DNA from: Bryobacterales bacterium
GTDB lineage: Bacteria; Acidobacteriota; Terriglobia; Bryobacterales; UBA6623
NCBI GenBank assembly: GCA_965204435.1
Contig: OZ241997.1
Coordinates: 2,926,160-2,990,159, forward strand
Length of the DNA stretch: 64,000 nt
Direction of reading: 5' to 3'
The translations under genes were made by a program, and so were the position numbers. Shown in pieces: positions 18,819-28,143 of the stretch (position 1 is the first letter of the stretch; every line of letters begins with the position of its first letter). The notes beneath the pieces are model-generated. The model saw only the letters and a program-made list of their open reading frames with translations. It was not told where the DNA came from and did not search any database.

Positions 18819-21800
18819 ATGTATTCGCACTATCAGACTGGAGCTTCACGTCTCCGACCAGTTCCCACTCTGGTCTTTCTGGCCATGGCTTGCGTGTCGC
18901 CAGTTCTGGCGCAGACGAACACCGGTTCGATACAGGGTGTCGTATATGACGAGTCGATGGCCGTGATACCCGGTGTCACCGTGACAGCCAGAGACGTGGC
19001 CCGCGGCGTCGAACGCAGCTCGATTAGCTCGGAGACAGGCGAATTCGTATTCACACTGCTCACACCGGGTGTATATACGCTGCTCTTCGAATCTGACAAC
19101 TTCACCCCGTTGACACTTGAGGGGCTCGAGGTGCTGGTTGGCGAGACGGCTGTCTTATCGCCGCAGTTAATCGTTGCGGCGGCGCAGACTGAGGTCGTGG
19201 TCTCTGCGGAGGCACAGCGATCCGCGATCGAACCTCAGCGTGTTGCGCAGTCGGACCACATCGACTCGGTCCGCATCGAGAACCTGCCAATCAATCGGCG
19301 CGACTATCTGGATTTGGCGCTGCTAACCCCAGGCGTGGTTGATGCCAAGTACATCGCCAATGCCACGGATCGCCGCATTGCTCCGACGCCAACGTCAGGA
19401 CTGGGCGTCGGCGGTGGGAACGGGCGCACCAACACCTTCATGATTGACGGCCTGGACAACCTGTACAACACCGGCAGTGTCCGCTCCTCGATCAGCCAAG
19501 AGGCGGTGCAAGAATTCCAAGTCAATCGCAGCACGTTCTCCTCCGAGCAGGGCGGCGCTCCGGGCGCCACGATCAACATCGTGACGAAGGGCGGCACGAA
19601 TCAGTTGCATGGATCGCTGTTCGGCGTACTGCGCAACCGGGCCTTCCAAGCCCGCAATTACTTTGATCCCGGCAAGAGCGCCTATACCCGAGCCCAGAAT
19701 GGCGTCTCGATCGGCGGTCCGATCTTGAGAAACAAGACCTTCTGGTACGGCGCGTTCGAGCGGCTCGATCGAAACGAGTCCCAAATCGTGCCGCTGCTCG
19801 CCGATCCCTCGTTCCTGACCTCGCTGACCCCGTCCCAGCAGACCCTGGCCGATGTGCTGGGCGCCTCCGGGCCCCCGGCCTTCCGGCCGGTGATAGCCCA
19901 ACTCACTGCCGCACTCACTCCGGCTAACACTCCCGGCGTCAGGGAACTGTTCGAAGACAACAGCGGAATCTTCCCATTCTCCGAGCTGCGCCAGCAGTTC
20001 ATCACCCGCGCGGACCATACGTTCAGCGAGAACCACAACATGTTCTTCCGCGGCAACTTGACCGGCCAAGAGGGGCAGAACACTGACTTCGGCGCTCTCA
20101 CTGCCCGTAATCGTGGGCGCAACAACAGCGTCGTTGATTTCGCGCTGGCGTTTGGCGACACCTACGTGATCAACTCCAAGTGGCTCAGCGAGACACGGGT
20201 CGGCGCGGGCTACCACGACTTCGGCGTGTACCCGACCGATCCTCACGGTCCGGCAATTTCCATCGGCGGATTCGGTTCGTTCGGCCGGGATCTCATCCTG
20301 CCAACGCGCGTGGTTGAGCGGGTGATGCAGTTCCGCCAGAACTTCATGCGCGTATCCTCGCGCCAGACCTTCAAATTCGGCGTCGATTACAACCCCGTGC
20401 GCGACTGGATTCGATCCGAGACGTTCTTTGGCGGCCGGTTCATATTCTCCGAGGCGGTTCCGCTCGCAAACGTCATCGACGGGGCCGTGCCCGGAGCCTC
20501 GCAGCTGGTGAAGGGGCTGCTGGCCGGCGCTGGCCAGCAGCAGCTAGTGGAGTTCGTCGACCGTCCGATTTCAGCGCTACAGGCATTTGCCCTCGGGCTG
20601 CCGACCGTCTACCAGCAGGGCTTCGGAGACCCTTATTGGTTGGGTTGGTCGAACCGCCTCAACTTTTTCTTCGAGGATTCCATCCGCGTGACGCCCAAGC
20701 TGAAGCTCACGCTCGGGTTGCGCCACGAGTTCGAGATCAAGACCAGGTTTCCGCGCGACTTCAACAACATCGCGCCGCGCGCAGGATTTGCCTGGAGCCC
20801 CGATCCGAAGACCGTGATCCGTGGCGGCTTCGGCATCTACTATGCCCGCATTGACGGCCAGATCGCGTACATCAACGACTTGCTGGGCGAAGCGCAGCAG
20901 ATATACCAAGTGTTCATCCCGCTCACCGGCGTGGGTGGCATTCAGAGCGCCCTCACCGGGCAGCCGCTGACATCGGCTGAAATCTACCAAACCCAGAAGG
21001 CGCGAGGCGTGATCGGAACGCGCGGGATCACGCCGCAGGATCTCGCGATTCACGGCATTGACCCCGGTCCGGGCTATCCGCTCCGTGTCGGCTTCCGAGT
21101 CGCCGAGGACACGGTCAACCCATATGCCCAGCAGGGCAGCTTTGAGATCCAGCGCGATGTCGGTGGCTTCGCACTCTCGGCAGCCTACAACTACAACCGA
21201 GGGGTTCATCTTATCCGGCCGCTCGACCTGAACGTTTACGAGGCCGGCACGAACGATCAGGGCAGGCCGATCGTTGGATTCCACAACCCGCTGATCCTGC
21301 AGGACAACGTCTACGGAAGCTGGGGCCGGTCCTACTACCACGCTCTGATCTTGCATGTGCAGAAGCGCTTCAGCCAGAACTTCACCGTGTCGGCCCACCA
21401 CACGTGGAGCAAGGCGATTGACGAGGCGACAGACTACAACTCGTCGTACGAGCCACACCTGCAATGGGACGCTCGCAACGAGTTGGCCCTCTCCCATTTC
21501 CACCGCGGGCATCGATTCGTTGCCAACGCGGTGGCAACGTCTCCTTGGAAGGCCGGCAAGGGACGCGGTTTTGGGCACAACCTGCTGTCTGATTTCACGT
21601 TCTCGGGGATCATCTTGGCCCGCTCGTTCGCCCCATTCAATCTCAATGCGAACTTCGACACGATAGGAGACCGGCACACCGACACGCACCGGCCGTGGGG
21701 CCTTGGTCGCAACGTAGGCGTGGGACCGGCCTTCTTTGGCATGGACATCCGCCTGACTCGCTCATTTTCCCTGTCAGAGAGAGTTAACCTGCGAATCGTG

Positions 21801-21986
21801 GGCGAGGGTTTTAACCTGCTGAACAAGACCAACTTCAAAGGCGTGAACGGGATAGTCGGCGCCATGACTCTCGAGCAGGTTCCGGACCGCCCGACCGGTC
21901 AGCGCGGGAACGTGACAGATCCCTTCTCCTTTACCTCCGCCTTTGACCCTCGCCAGTTCCAGATCTCGCTGCGCCTGTCCTTCTAA
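18819..21986 (+). CDS. TonB-dependent receptor (Oar-like, carboxypeptidase-regulatory N-domain)
   Basis: Signal peptide, GSIQGVVYD..IPGVTV, LPINRRDY, EAVQEFQV, NNIAPRAGFAW and terminal RQFQISLRLSF. RBS AGGAG. Confidence 0.93.
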   Translation: MYSHYQTGASRLRPVPTLVFLAMACVSPVLAQTNTGSIQGVVYDESMAVIPGVTVTARDVARGVERSSISSETGEFVFTLLTPGVYTLLFESDNFTPLTLEGLEVLVGETAVLSPQLIVAAAQTEVVVSAEAQRSAIEPQRVAQSDHIDSVRIENLPINRRDYLDLALLTPGVVDAKYIANATDRRIAPTPTSGLGVGGGNGRTNTFMIDGLDNLYNTGSVRSSISQEAVQEFQVNRSTFSSEQGGAPGATINIVTKGGTNQLHGSLFGVLRNRAFQARNYFDPGKSAYTRAQNGVSIGGPILRNKTFWYGAFERLDRNESQIVPLLADPSFLTSLTPSQQTLADVLGASGPPAFRPVIAQLTAALTPANTPGVRELFEDNSGIFPFSELRQQFITRADHTFSENHNMFFRGNLTGQEGQNTDFGALTARNRGRNNSVVDFALAFGDTYVINSKWLSETRVGAGYHDFGVYPTDPHGPAISIGGFGSFGRDLILPTRVVERVMQFRQNFMRVSSRQTFKFGVDYNPVRDWIRSETFFGGRFIFSEAVPLANVIDGAVPGASQLVKGLLAGAGQQQLVEFVDRPISALQAFALGLPTVYQQGFGDPYWLGWSNRLNFFFEDSIRVTPKLKLTLGLRHEFEIKTRFPRDFNNIAPRAGFAWSPDPKTVIRGGFGIYYARIDGQIAYINDLLGEAQQIYQVFIPLTGVGGIQSALTGQPLTSAEIYQTQKARGVIGTRGITPQDLAIHGIDPGPGYPLRVGFRVAEDTVNPYAQQGSFEIQRDVGGFALSAAYNYNRGVHLIRPLDLNVYEAGTNDQGRPIVGFHNPLILQDNVYGSWGRSYYHALILHVQKRFSQNFTVSAHHTWSKAIDEATDYNSSYEPHLQWDARNELALSHFHRGHRFVANAVATSPWKAGKGRGFGHNLLSDFTFSGIILARSFAPFNLNANFDTIGDRHTDTHRPWGLGRNVGVGPAFFGMDIRLTRSFSLSERVNLRIVGEGFNLLNKTNFKGVNGIVGAMTLEQVPDRPTGQRGNVTDPFSFTSAFDPRQFQISLRLSF

Positions 21987-22296
21987 CGCCAGTTGGCTCC
22001 GACTAAACTCAGCGGTGCCTGGCCCTTGGCGGACGGGCGCCCGGCGCAGTGGGGGCCGGGCCCAGCATTTCGATGCAGTGCCTGTCTGATCAGGTTGCCG
22101 TCAGAGTGGCCTGCTCGCAGAGATGGTGCATCTGGGCAGTGCCCCTGCTAGCCATCTCCCTCGCCCGAACTCGCCAAGGTCCATTCCCTCCCGTCTGCAA
22201 CGACTCGCGTTCGGACGACATCTCGGCGATTTTAGTTGCTATTCCACAGCTGTCGAGCGTCACATCCTATTGAATTTGGCCTGCCCTTGCTCCGTT

Positions 22297-23352
22297 TCAC
22301 CCAACCCATTTTGTGCCGTCGCAGATCCAGCCCTTCTGGACTAGCACATCCGCCGCCAACCCGATCTGTCGGGGCCAGAAGCGCTTCTTGCGATCGTTCC
22401 ATGCGTAGACCTGCTGGATGAGGTCCTCACGGGATTTGGGGCTGTCGTGTTCAAGGGTCCAATGCACTGTTGACAGCAGTTCAAGACCGAAAGACGATTC
22501 GAACCCGTCGACGAGGTCAACCACTCTGTCAAAGCGCTCTCGTGTCTTGGGTGAGCGACTCAAAACCGCAAGAGCATCTTCGACAGCGCCGGGAAGGATC
22601 TCCAACTGCTTGTTGGGTGCGTCGCCCCCATCGGCGTAGCCCAATATGAAGTGTCCTTCGATGGCATGCAGGACACGACGCAGGTTCTCCGCATAGGGTC
22701 CGTAAGGAGCCTTCGTGAATTTCAATCTCAGGGGCTCTCCCGCGGCCTGGATGAAGTAAAGGAGCTTGTGAACCTCCAAGAGCGTAACAAACGGATCGAG
22801 CAAGCCGCGCAAATAACGGTGCATCAGCCCGACTAGCGCCGCTCGGCCCGAGGTCATCTTGGGAACTTGGGGGCTGCGCACAATCCGGTCCGCAGAAGGC
22901 ACGCTAGGCTCGAAAATTACGGCCTGCAAGTCATCGCAGCCAGTAAGCGCCTCCTCAATACGTGGACGCACGACAGACCATTCGAGACCGCCAAGGCCAC
23001 TGCCGAGCGGTGGAACAGCGATTGAGCGGATACCCCGTTCACGGATCAGTTTGCCCAGTGCGTTTAACCCAGCCTCGACATCCTCAATGCGGCTCCTGCC
23101 GCGCCAATGCCGCTTGGTCGGAAAGTTGATGATGTAGCGGGGATTGGTGATCGCTCCCGTTTCGAACACGAACATGTTCCCAGGCCGGACATCGCCTCGA
23201 TCGCAGGCTTCGGCGTAGGCACGGAAGTTCTCGGGGAACGCCCGCTTGAACCGGAGAGCAATCCCGCGTCCCATTACTCCGACGCAGTTCACCGCGTTGA
23301 CCAGCGCTTCGGCGTCTTCCGCAACAATGTCGCCGACCTTGAATCGAATCAT
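22297..23352 (-). CDS. darG: DarG macrodomain antitoxin
   Basis: Start MIRFKVGDIV, then LVNAVNCVGVMGRGIA, IINFPTKRHW, PPLGSGLGGLEW, YGPYA and GLELLSTVHW. Lies directly downstream of darT. Confidence 0.93.
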   Translation of the reverse strand: MIRFKVGDIVAEDAEALVNAVNCVGVMGRGIALRFKRAFPENFRAYAEACDRGDVRPGNMFVFETGAITNPRYIINFPTKRHWRGRSRIEDVEAGLNALGKLIRERGIRSIAVPPLGSGLGGLEWSVVRPRIEEALTGCDDLQAVIFEPSVPSADRIVRSPQVPKMTSGRAALVGLMHRYLRGLLDPFVTLLEVHKLLYFIQAAGEPLRLKFTKAPYGPYAENLRRVLHAIEGHFILGYADGGDAPNKQLEILPGAVEDALAVLSRSPKTRERFDRVVDLVDGFESSFGLELLSTVHWTLEHDSPKSREDLIQQVYAWNDRKKRFWPRQIGLAADVLVQKGWICDGTKWVG

Positions 23353-23368
23353 CGGCACCATTCCCGCA

Positions 23369-24007
23369 TTAATAGTACCGATCCCCCTTGATCTCGACGG
23401 TGGGTTGGCGAGCAGTTGCGCGCATGGCGCTATGAGCCTGCTCGAGTACCTTCGCCGAGTGTACACCGACCCGCCGGACCAAGGACCACGGGAACGACTG
23501 TTCAACCAAAAACTCCGCTTGCTTTTTCTCTTTAAGGTCCCGCCAGTCGTTGGCTCCGACGGCTTTCCAATCGATCTCGTCCAGCTGCCCCAAGTCACAG
23601 CGATCTTGGAAATACGAGGAGCCAGCATTGGAGAGGGTGAAGGCCCATCGCCGACTGTTACGGTCGGCCCACTTAACGGTCTCGTGGAGGTCGGCTTCGA
23701 GATGCACGATGGGACGTTGTCCACCGCGATACGTGAGTTCTGGATGATTAGCCTTATGGATCACGTAGAGCATGACTGAGCGAGGACAAAAGTAGAACGG
23801 AACGCAGTCGCCTACAGCGAGGTTGGGCCAACAGTCGAGGTGGTTGCACAGCCGGCGATTCTTGATGTTGCTCATGCCGATGGTCGTGCCCGGACTCATG
23901 CGCTGCTGTACCTCTGCATCGCACCAGAGCTCACCGTCTGCGACTACCGATGCCAGCCGGTCCACATGAATGATGTGATAGAGCTTGGGCTCAGCGGGTG
24001 GCGGCAT
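23369..24007 (-). CDS. darT: DarT ssDNA thymidine ADP-ribosyltransferase toxin (DUF4433)
   Basis: Motifs LYHIIHVDRL, VPFYFCPRSVMLY, FTLSNAG and catalytic KQAEFLV. Confidence 0.93.
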   Translation of the reverse strand: MPPPAEPKLYHIIHVDRLASVVADGELWCDAEVQQRMSPGTTIGMSNIKNRRLCNHLDCWPNLAVGDCVPFYFCPRSVMLYVIHKANHPELTYRGGQRPIVHLEADLHETVKWADRNSRRWAFTLSNAGSSYFQDRCDLGQLDEIDWKAVGANDWRDLKEKKQAEFLVEQSFPWSLVRRVGVHSAKVLEQAHSAMRATARQPTVEIKGDRYY

Positions 24008-24355
24008 GGTCGACTCTCAACCCCTATCCCTCATGGGTTGCAACAGAATGCGAGCTTATCGTCCGTATCGAAACGAGCATCCGACTCAGGTATCGGGGAT
24101 GTCGCCTTGCACACATCTTACCTGGCCATCACGATGTCGCACCAACCTCCAGGACTGCGAACCGCGTACATGGATGTCCTCCCGCATGGCCATACAATCG
24201 CTTCGGCTGTCTGCTGCGTGCGGGTTCCGGAAACTCTGGCACACAAAATTCCGGAAATTCTGGCACACTCTGACCCCTTGAAAGTCGAGCTTCCGCTGTG
24301 TACCCCTTCAGAGGGGGGGCCGTCCGTAGGCCCCTCTCAGAAGGAGGATGCCGCG

Positions 24356-25834
24356 ATGCACGATACAACCAAGCGCTTCGAAATCGAGACCCTGCTCAAG
24401 GCCGGTCTTGCCAAGGCCCGAGTGGCGGAAATTGCCGAGGTTTCGCTGCGGACCGTTCACCGGGTCCGGGCCGAGGTCGAGGCGCGCTCGGCCGAGACGG
24501 AGGGGACAGACACAGAGGCCGGCACGCAGGCGTCGCGCCGTCCCCCGGACGGCGGTCCAGGCCGGCCCTCGAAGACGGCGGACTACCGGGAACTGGTGGC
24601 TTCCATCTTGGAGGCGCAGCCCGGGCTGAAGACCCTTGAGGTCCTGCGCCGCGCGCGCTTGGCCGGCTATGGCGGCGGCAAGACTGCCTTGTACTCCCTG
24701 GTGCGCGAGCTGCGACCACGGACCGTGCGCCCGATCTGCCGCTTCGAAGGCGTTGCGGGCGAGTTCACGCAGCACGATTTCGGGGAGGTGCGGGTGCGCT
24801 GGAGGGGGAACGGCCAGCTCGAGCGGGTGCAGTTCTTCTGCAGCCGTCTGAAATTCTCGCGCTTCTCGCTGCTGGTGCTGGTCGCCAACCAGCGCACCGA
24901 GACCTTGGTGCGGTCGATGGCGGAGCACTTCGAGCGGATGGGCGGGATCCCGCTGCTGGCGGTCTTCGACCGGCCGACGACGGCGGCGCTGAAGTCGGAT
25001 CCGAAGACCGGCGAGGTGCTGGAGTGGAACCCGGTGTTCGCCGACGCGACGCAGCGCATGGGGCTGGGGGTGGACCTATGCTGGCCGGGACGTCCCAATC
25101 AGAAGGGCACGGTCGAGAATCTTGTCGGCTGGGCCAAGGGCTCGTTCTTCAAGGTCCGCCAGTTCCATGACCGGGCCGACCTGGAGGCGCAGCTGGCGGA
25201 CTGGCTGGTCGAGATCAACGAGCGCCGTCCCTGCCGGGCCACCGGCTGCGTGCCGGCCGAGTTGCTGGCCGAGGAGCGCCAGCGGCTGCGCCCCCTGCGC
25301 CTGCGCCCGGCCGAGCTGGCCCTGCGCCTGCCGGTCAGCGTCGGCCCCACCGCCATGGTCGAGCACGAGACCAACAAGTACTCGATGCCGCCCGAAGCGT
25401 GCGGCTTTCCCGGCACGCTGCACCTGTTCCGCGACCGCGTGCGGATCGTGGCGGGCCGCTACCACGCCGAGCACAAGCGCTTGCCCGCCTCCAGCCGCGG
25501 CGTGTCGAACCTGCCGGCCCACCGCCGGGCCATGCTGGAGGCGGTCAGCGGCAAGCGCGGCCGCCAATACCGCATGCGCGAGCATCTGTTCCAGCTCGGC
25601 CCGGCCGCCAAGGAGGTGATCACCGAGATCATCTACGCCGAACAGCGCTCCTGGAACGACAGCATCGAGCGGCTCCACGAACTGCTCCAGCTCTACGGCG
25701 ATGACGCCCTGCGCGCCTGCTTCGAGCGCCACCGCGGCCAGCCCGGCTGCCGCGTCGCTGACATCGCCCGCGAGTTCGCCCGCGAACAGTTCCCCCTGCC
25801 GTTCGGCAACGGCACCCACGGAGGCCCGCGATGA
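24356..25834 (+). CDS. istA: IS21 transposase IstA
   Basis: Start MHDTTKRFEIE after AGGAGG; RFEGVAGEFTQHDFG and KGTVEN. Confidence 0.94.
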   Translation: MHDTTKRFEIETLLKAGLAKARVAEIAEVSLRTVHRVRAEVEARSAETEGTDTEAGTQASRRPPDGGPGRPSKTADYRELVASILEAQPGLKTLEVLRRARLAGYGGGKTALYSLVRELRPRTVRPICRFEGVAGEFTQHDFGEVRVRWRGNGQLERVQFFCSRLKFSRFSLLVLVANQRTETLVRSMAEHFERMGGIPLLAVFDRPTTAALKSDPKTGEVLEWNPVFADATQRMGLGVDLCWPGRPNQKGTVENLVGWAKGSFFKVRQFHDRADLEAQLADWLVEINERRPCRATGCVPAELLAEERQRLRPLRLRPAELALRLPVSVGPTAMVEHETNKYSMPPEACGFPGTLHLFRDRVRIVAGRYHAEHKRLPASSRGVSNLPAHRRAMLEAVSGKRGRQYRMREHLFQLGPAAKEVITEIIYAEQRSWNDSIERLHELLQLYGDDALRACFERHRGQPGCRVADIAREFAREQFPLPFGNGTHGGPR

Positions 25835-26616
25835 AGCCGCCCGCCGTCTCCCCGCAACAGCTCGAGGCCATGCTCAAGCGCCTCCATCTCGCCTGCGCCC
25901 GGCGGTCCTACTGCGAGCTCGTCGAGCAGGCCGAGCGCGGCGCCTGGTCCTTCCGCGACTTCCTCGCCGCCCTGGCCTCGGCCGAGATCGAGCATCGCCG
26001 CCAGACCCGCCTGCGCCGCTGTGTCCGCCAGGCTCGCTTCCCGGTCCTGCACACCCTCGAGGAATTCGACTTCTCCGTCCAGCCCGAACTCCGCCCCCTG
26101 CTGCTCGGCTCCGCCTTCGCCCCCGAGTTCGCCGCCGATGGCGGCTGCCTTGTCCTCAAGGGTCGCAGCGGTCGCGGCAAAACCCATCTCGCGACCGCCA
26201 TTGCCTACCAAGCCATCCTCCACGGCTACGATGCCCTCTTCGCCACCGCCAACGATCTGGTCGAGACCCTCTCGCTCGCAGCCCGCAACGGCCGCCTCCG
26301 CGACGCCTTGGCCGCCTACGTCCGCCCGCAACTCTTAGTCTGTGACGAAGTCGGATACCTCGCCCACGGCCCCGATGCCGCCAACGTGCTCTTCCATGTC
26401 GTCGACGAGCGCCACCGCCGCCGTCGCTCGATGGTCTTCACCACCAACAAGCCGCTGGAGCTCTGGGGCCGCGTCCTGCACGACCCCGACCTCGCCGAAG
26501 CCATTCTCGACCGCATCCTCGAGCGCGGCCGCATCGTCACGCTCGAAGGACCCTCCATGCGCACCCGCCACCTCGACCCGGCGCCGGGTCCGTCTGACCA
26601 GGAGACTGCCTCATGA
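25831..26616 (+). CDS. istB: IS21 helper ATPase IstB
   Basis: Motifs GRSGRGKT, CDEVGY, TTNK and GPSMR. Confidence 0.95.
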   Translation: MKPPAVSPQQLEAMLKRLHLACARRSYCELVEQAERGAWSFRDFLAALASAEIEHRRQTRLRRCVRQARFPVLHTLEEFDFSVQPELRPLLLGSAFAPEFAADGGCLVLKGRSGRGKTHLATAIAYQAILHGYDALFATANDLVETLSLAARNGRLRDALAAYVRPQLLVCDEVGYLAHGPDAANVLFHVVDERHRRRRSMVFTTNKPLELWGRVLHDPDLAEAILDRILERGRIVTLEGPSMRTRHLDPAPGPSDQETAS

Positions 26617-27127
26617 AACCTCTTCCCAGCCCTTCTGGGGACTCCTCTTTGGGTGTGCCAGAATTTCCGGAAAAATCCTGCCAGAATAACTGGAACCCAC
26701 ACTGCGCTTACGTGCAAATGCAGGCAATGCTGCGATTCTGGCAGGTCCGATGTGCTCCCAGATCACTGCAGCGTCAACTATGTGACTCAGCGCTAAGTGG
26801 CTGCCCAAGTCCTGGTTGGTCCCTTGGGCCGCTATTGAACCAGTACTTGGAGGCGAAATGTGTCGCTCTTGAGACAGGCTGTCTTGTGGGTCTTGGCGTG
26901 CGCGGTCTCGATCGCTTCGTCCGTCTTGCGCACCGCGCAGACCTAGCGGGCGGCCCGGTCTGGGCGACCGTGCGGGCTGTCCGCACCCCAACTGGCGCGA
27001 GGAGCAAGAGCCTCATGCACGAGTGCTCGCGATTGCGCGGGCAAGGCCTTGCCGAGAATGCCTCGCGTACGTGCATTGGCGGCCCGTGGTCAGGCCCCAT
27101 GGCTCGGCTCCAGGGAGGCGAGCGGAT

Positions 27128-27442
27128 TCACCCGGATCGAAGCGCCTTGATCCCCGAGACGATTTCCGCGGCGACTTCCGAGTTGTATTTCCTGACCCTG
27201 TTGCGTGTCACGGAGAGTTCGACCAACGAGACGATGACTGGAATGAACGTCCAGCAAAACGCCATGTAGAGAAGTCCCAGGCCAGTCTCGCCCAAATAGA
27301 ATCTATGTGCGCCCAGCCCGCCTAGGAAGACTGTCAGGAGGGCACCAGTTGTTGAGTCCTTGCGTCTTGAGTTGAACTCGTCTTGAAACGTGAGTCGTTC
27401 TTGGTCGGTGAGATCCCCAAGCAAGATTGTGTGGTCAATCAT
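27128..27442 (-). CDS. TM2-domain membrane protein
   Basis: RRKD..GALLTVFLGGLGAHRFYLG..GLLYMAFCWTFIP; RBS GGAGG. Confidence 0.88.
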   Translation of the reverse strand: MIDHTILLGDLTDQERLTFQDEFNSRRKDSTTGALLTVFLGGLGAHRFYLGETGLGLLYMAFCWTFIPVIVSLVELSVTRNRVRKYNSEVAAEIVSGIKALRSG

Positions 27443-28143
27443 GCATTCATCCTCCAGTCCGGTGACACCCCGGGGAACCTACGGCTGACGGTGTGGACGA
27501 TGTCGAGATCAATGGCGGCGTCCGCTTCCAGTCCCCGAGGATAGCGAAGGTGGGCGGCTGTGGCCGCACCTCCGTTCCCGCTGTAGCGGTGCTCTCCCGT
27601 GGCCGCGACGGGCGACATGACGCCCGGCTGTACAACTCCCGGGGCGACTTTTCCCGCGGCGGACAGCTCGCGTGCGAAGAGCGCAGCGAAGGCTGTCGCT
27701 GTCTCCAGCTGCACGGCTCTCGACGGATGCCGCCTTCGCGCAGACCGTCCGGGAGCGACCTGCGAGCTCACCGCCATTCGCCCCGGCCCAATAGTTGCGT
27801 TCGGAGCGCCGACGTGCCGATGTGCTGCGACGATTGCGATGATGTTGGGCACGCTGCTCTGCGACGAGGCCAGCGACCTCTCTCCGCGGCCCGAAGGAGT
27901 GGCGGTGCAGGGCAACTGAACGACGATCGATCGACAGGTCAACGAATCTACGAATAGCAGACGTATCTGAATTAATTGTGATTTTTCGGAATATTTAGTG
28001 GATAATTTATTAACTCACCTGCTGCCGCAAGAATATTCGGTATTCCAGTGCGTTCTTGAGCCCATTCGGTCCGTCCCGCGCGGAGTTGGGACGCAAACCT
28101 ACGGACCGGTAGACCATCCGTTCCGGCCGCGCAGGGGCTGCCG

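Larger units (their letters stand above)
24219..26701 (+). mobile_element. IS21-family element 2
   Basis: Ends TGCGGGTTCCGGAA and CTGGAACCCACA, 5-bp TSD CTGCG (24214-24218 and 26702-26706), istA-istB. Confidence 0.93.

Noticed and set aside
23840-24355. 664-aa IstA with a long N-terminal extension, and likewise the 475-aa DarG ORF
   Set aside because: The extensions cross the IS end or overlap darT; RBS-supported internal starts give normal lengths.
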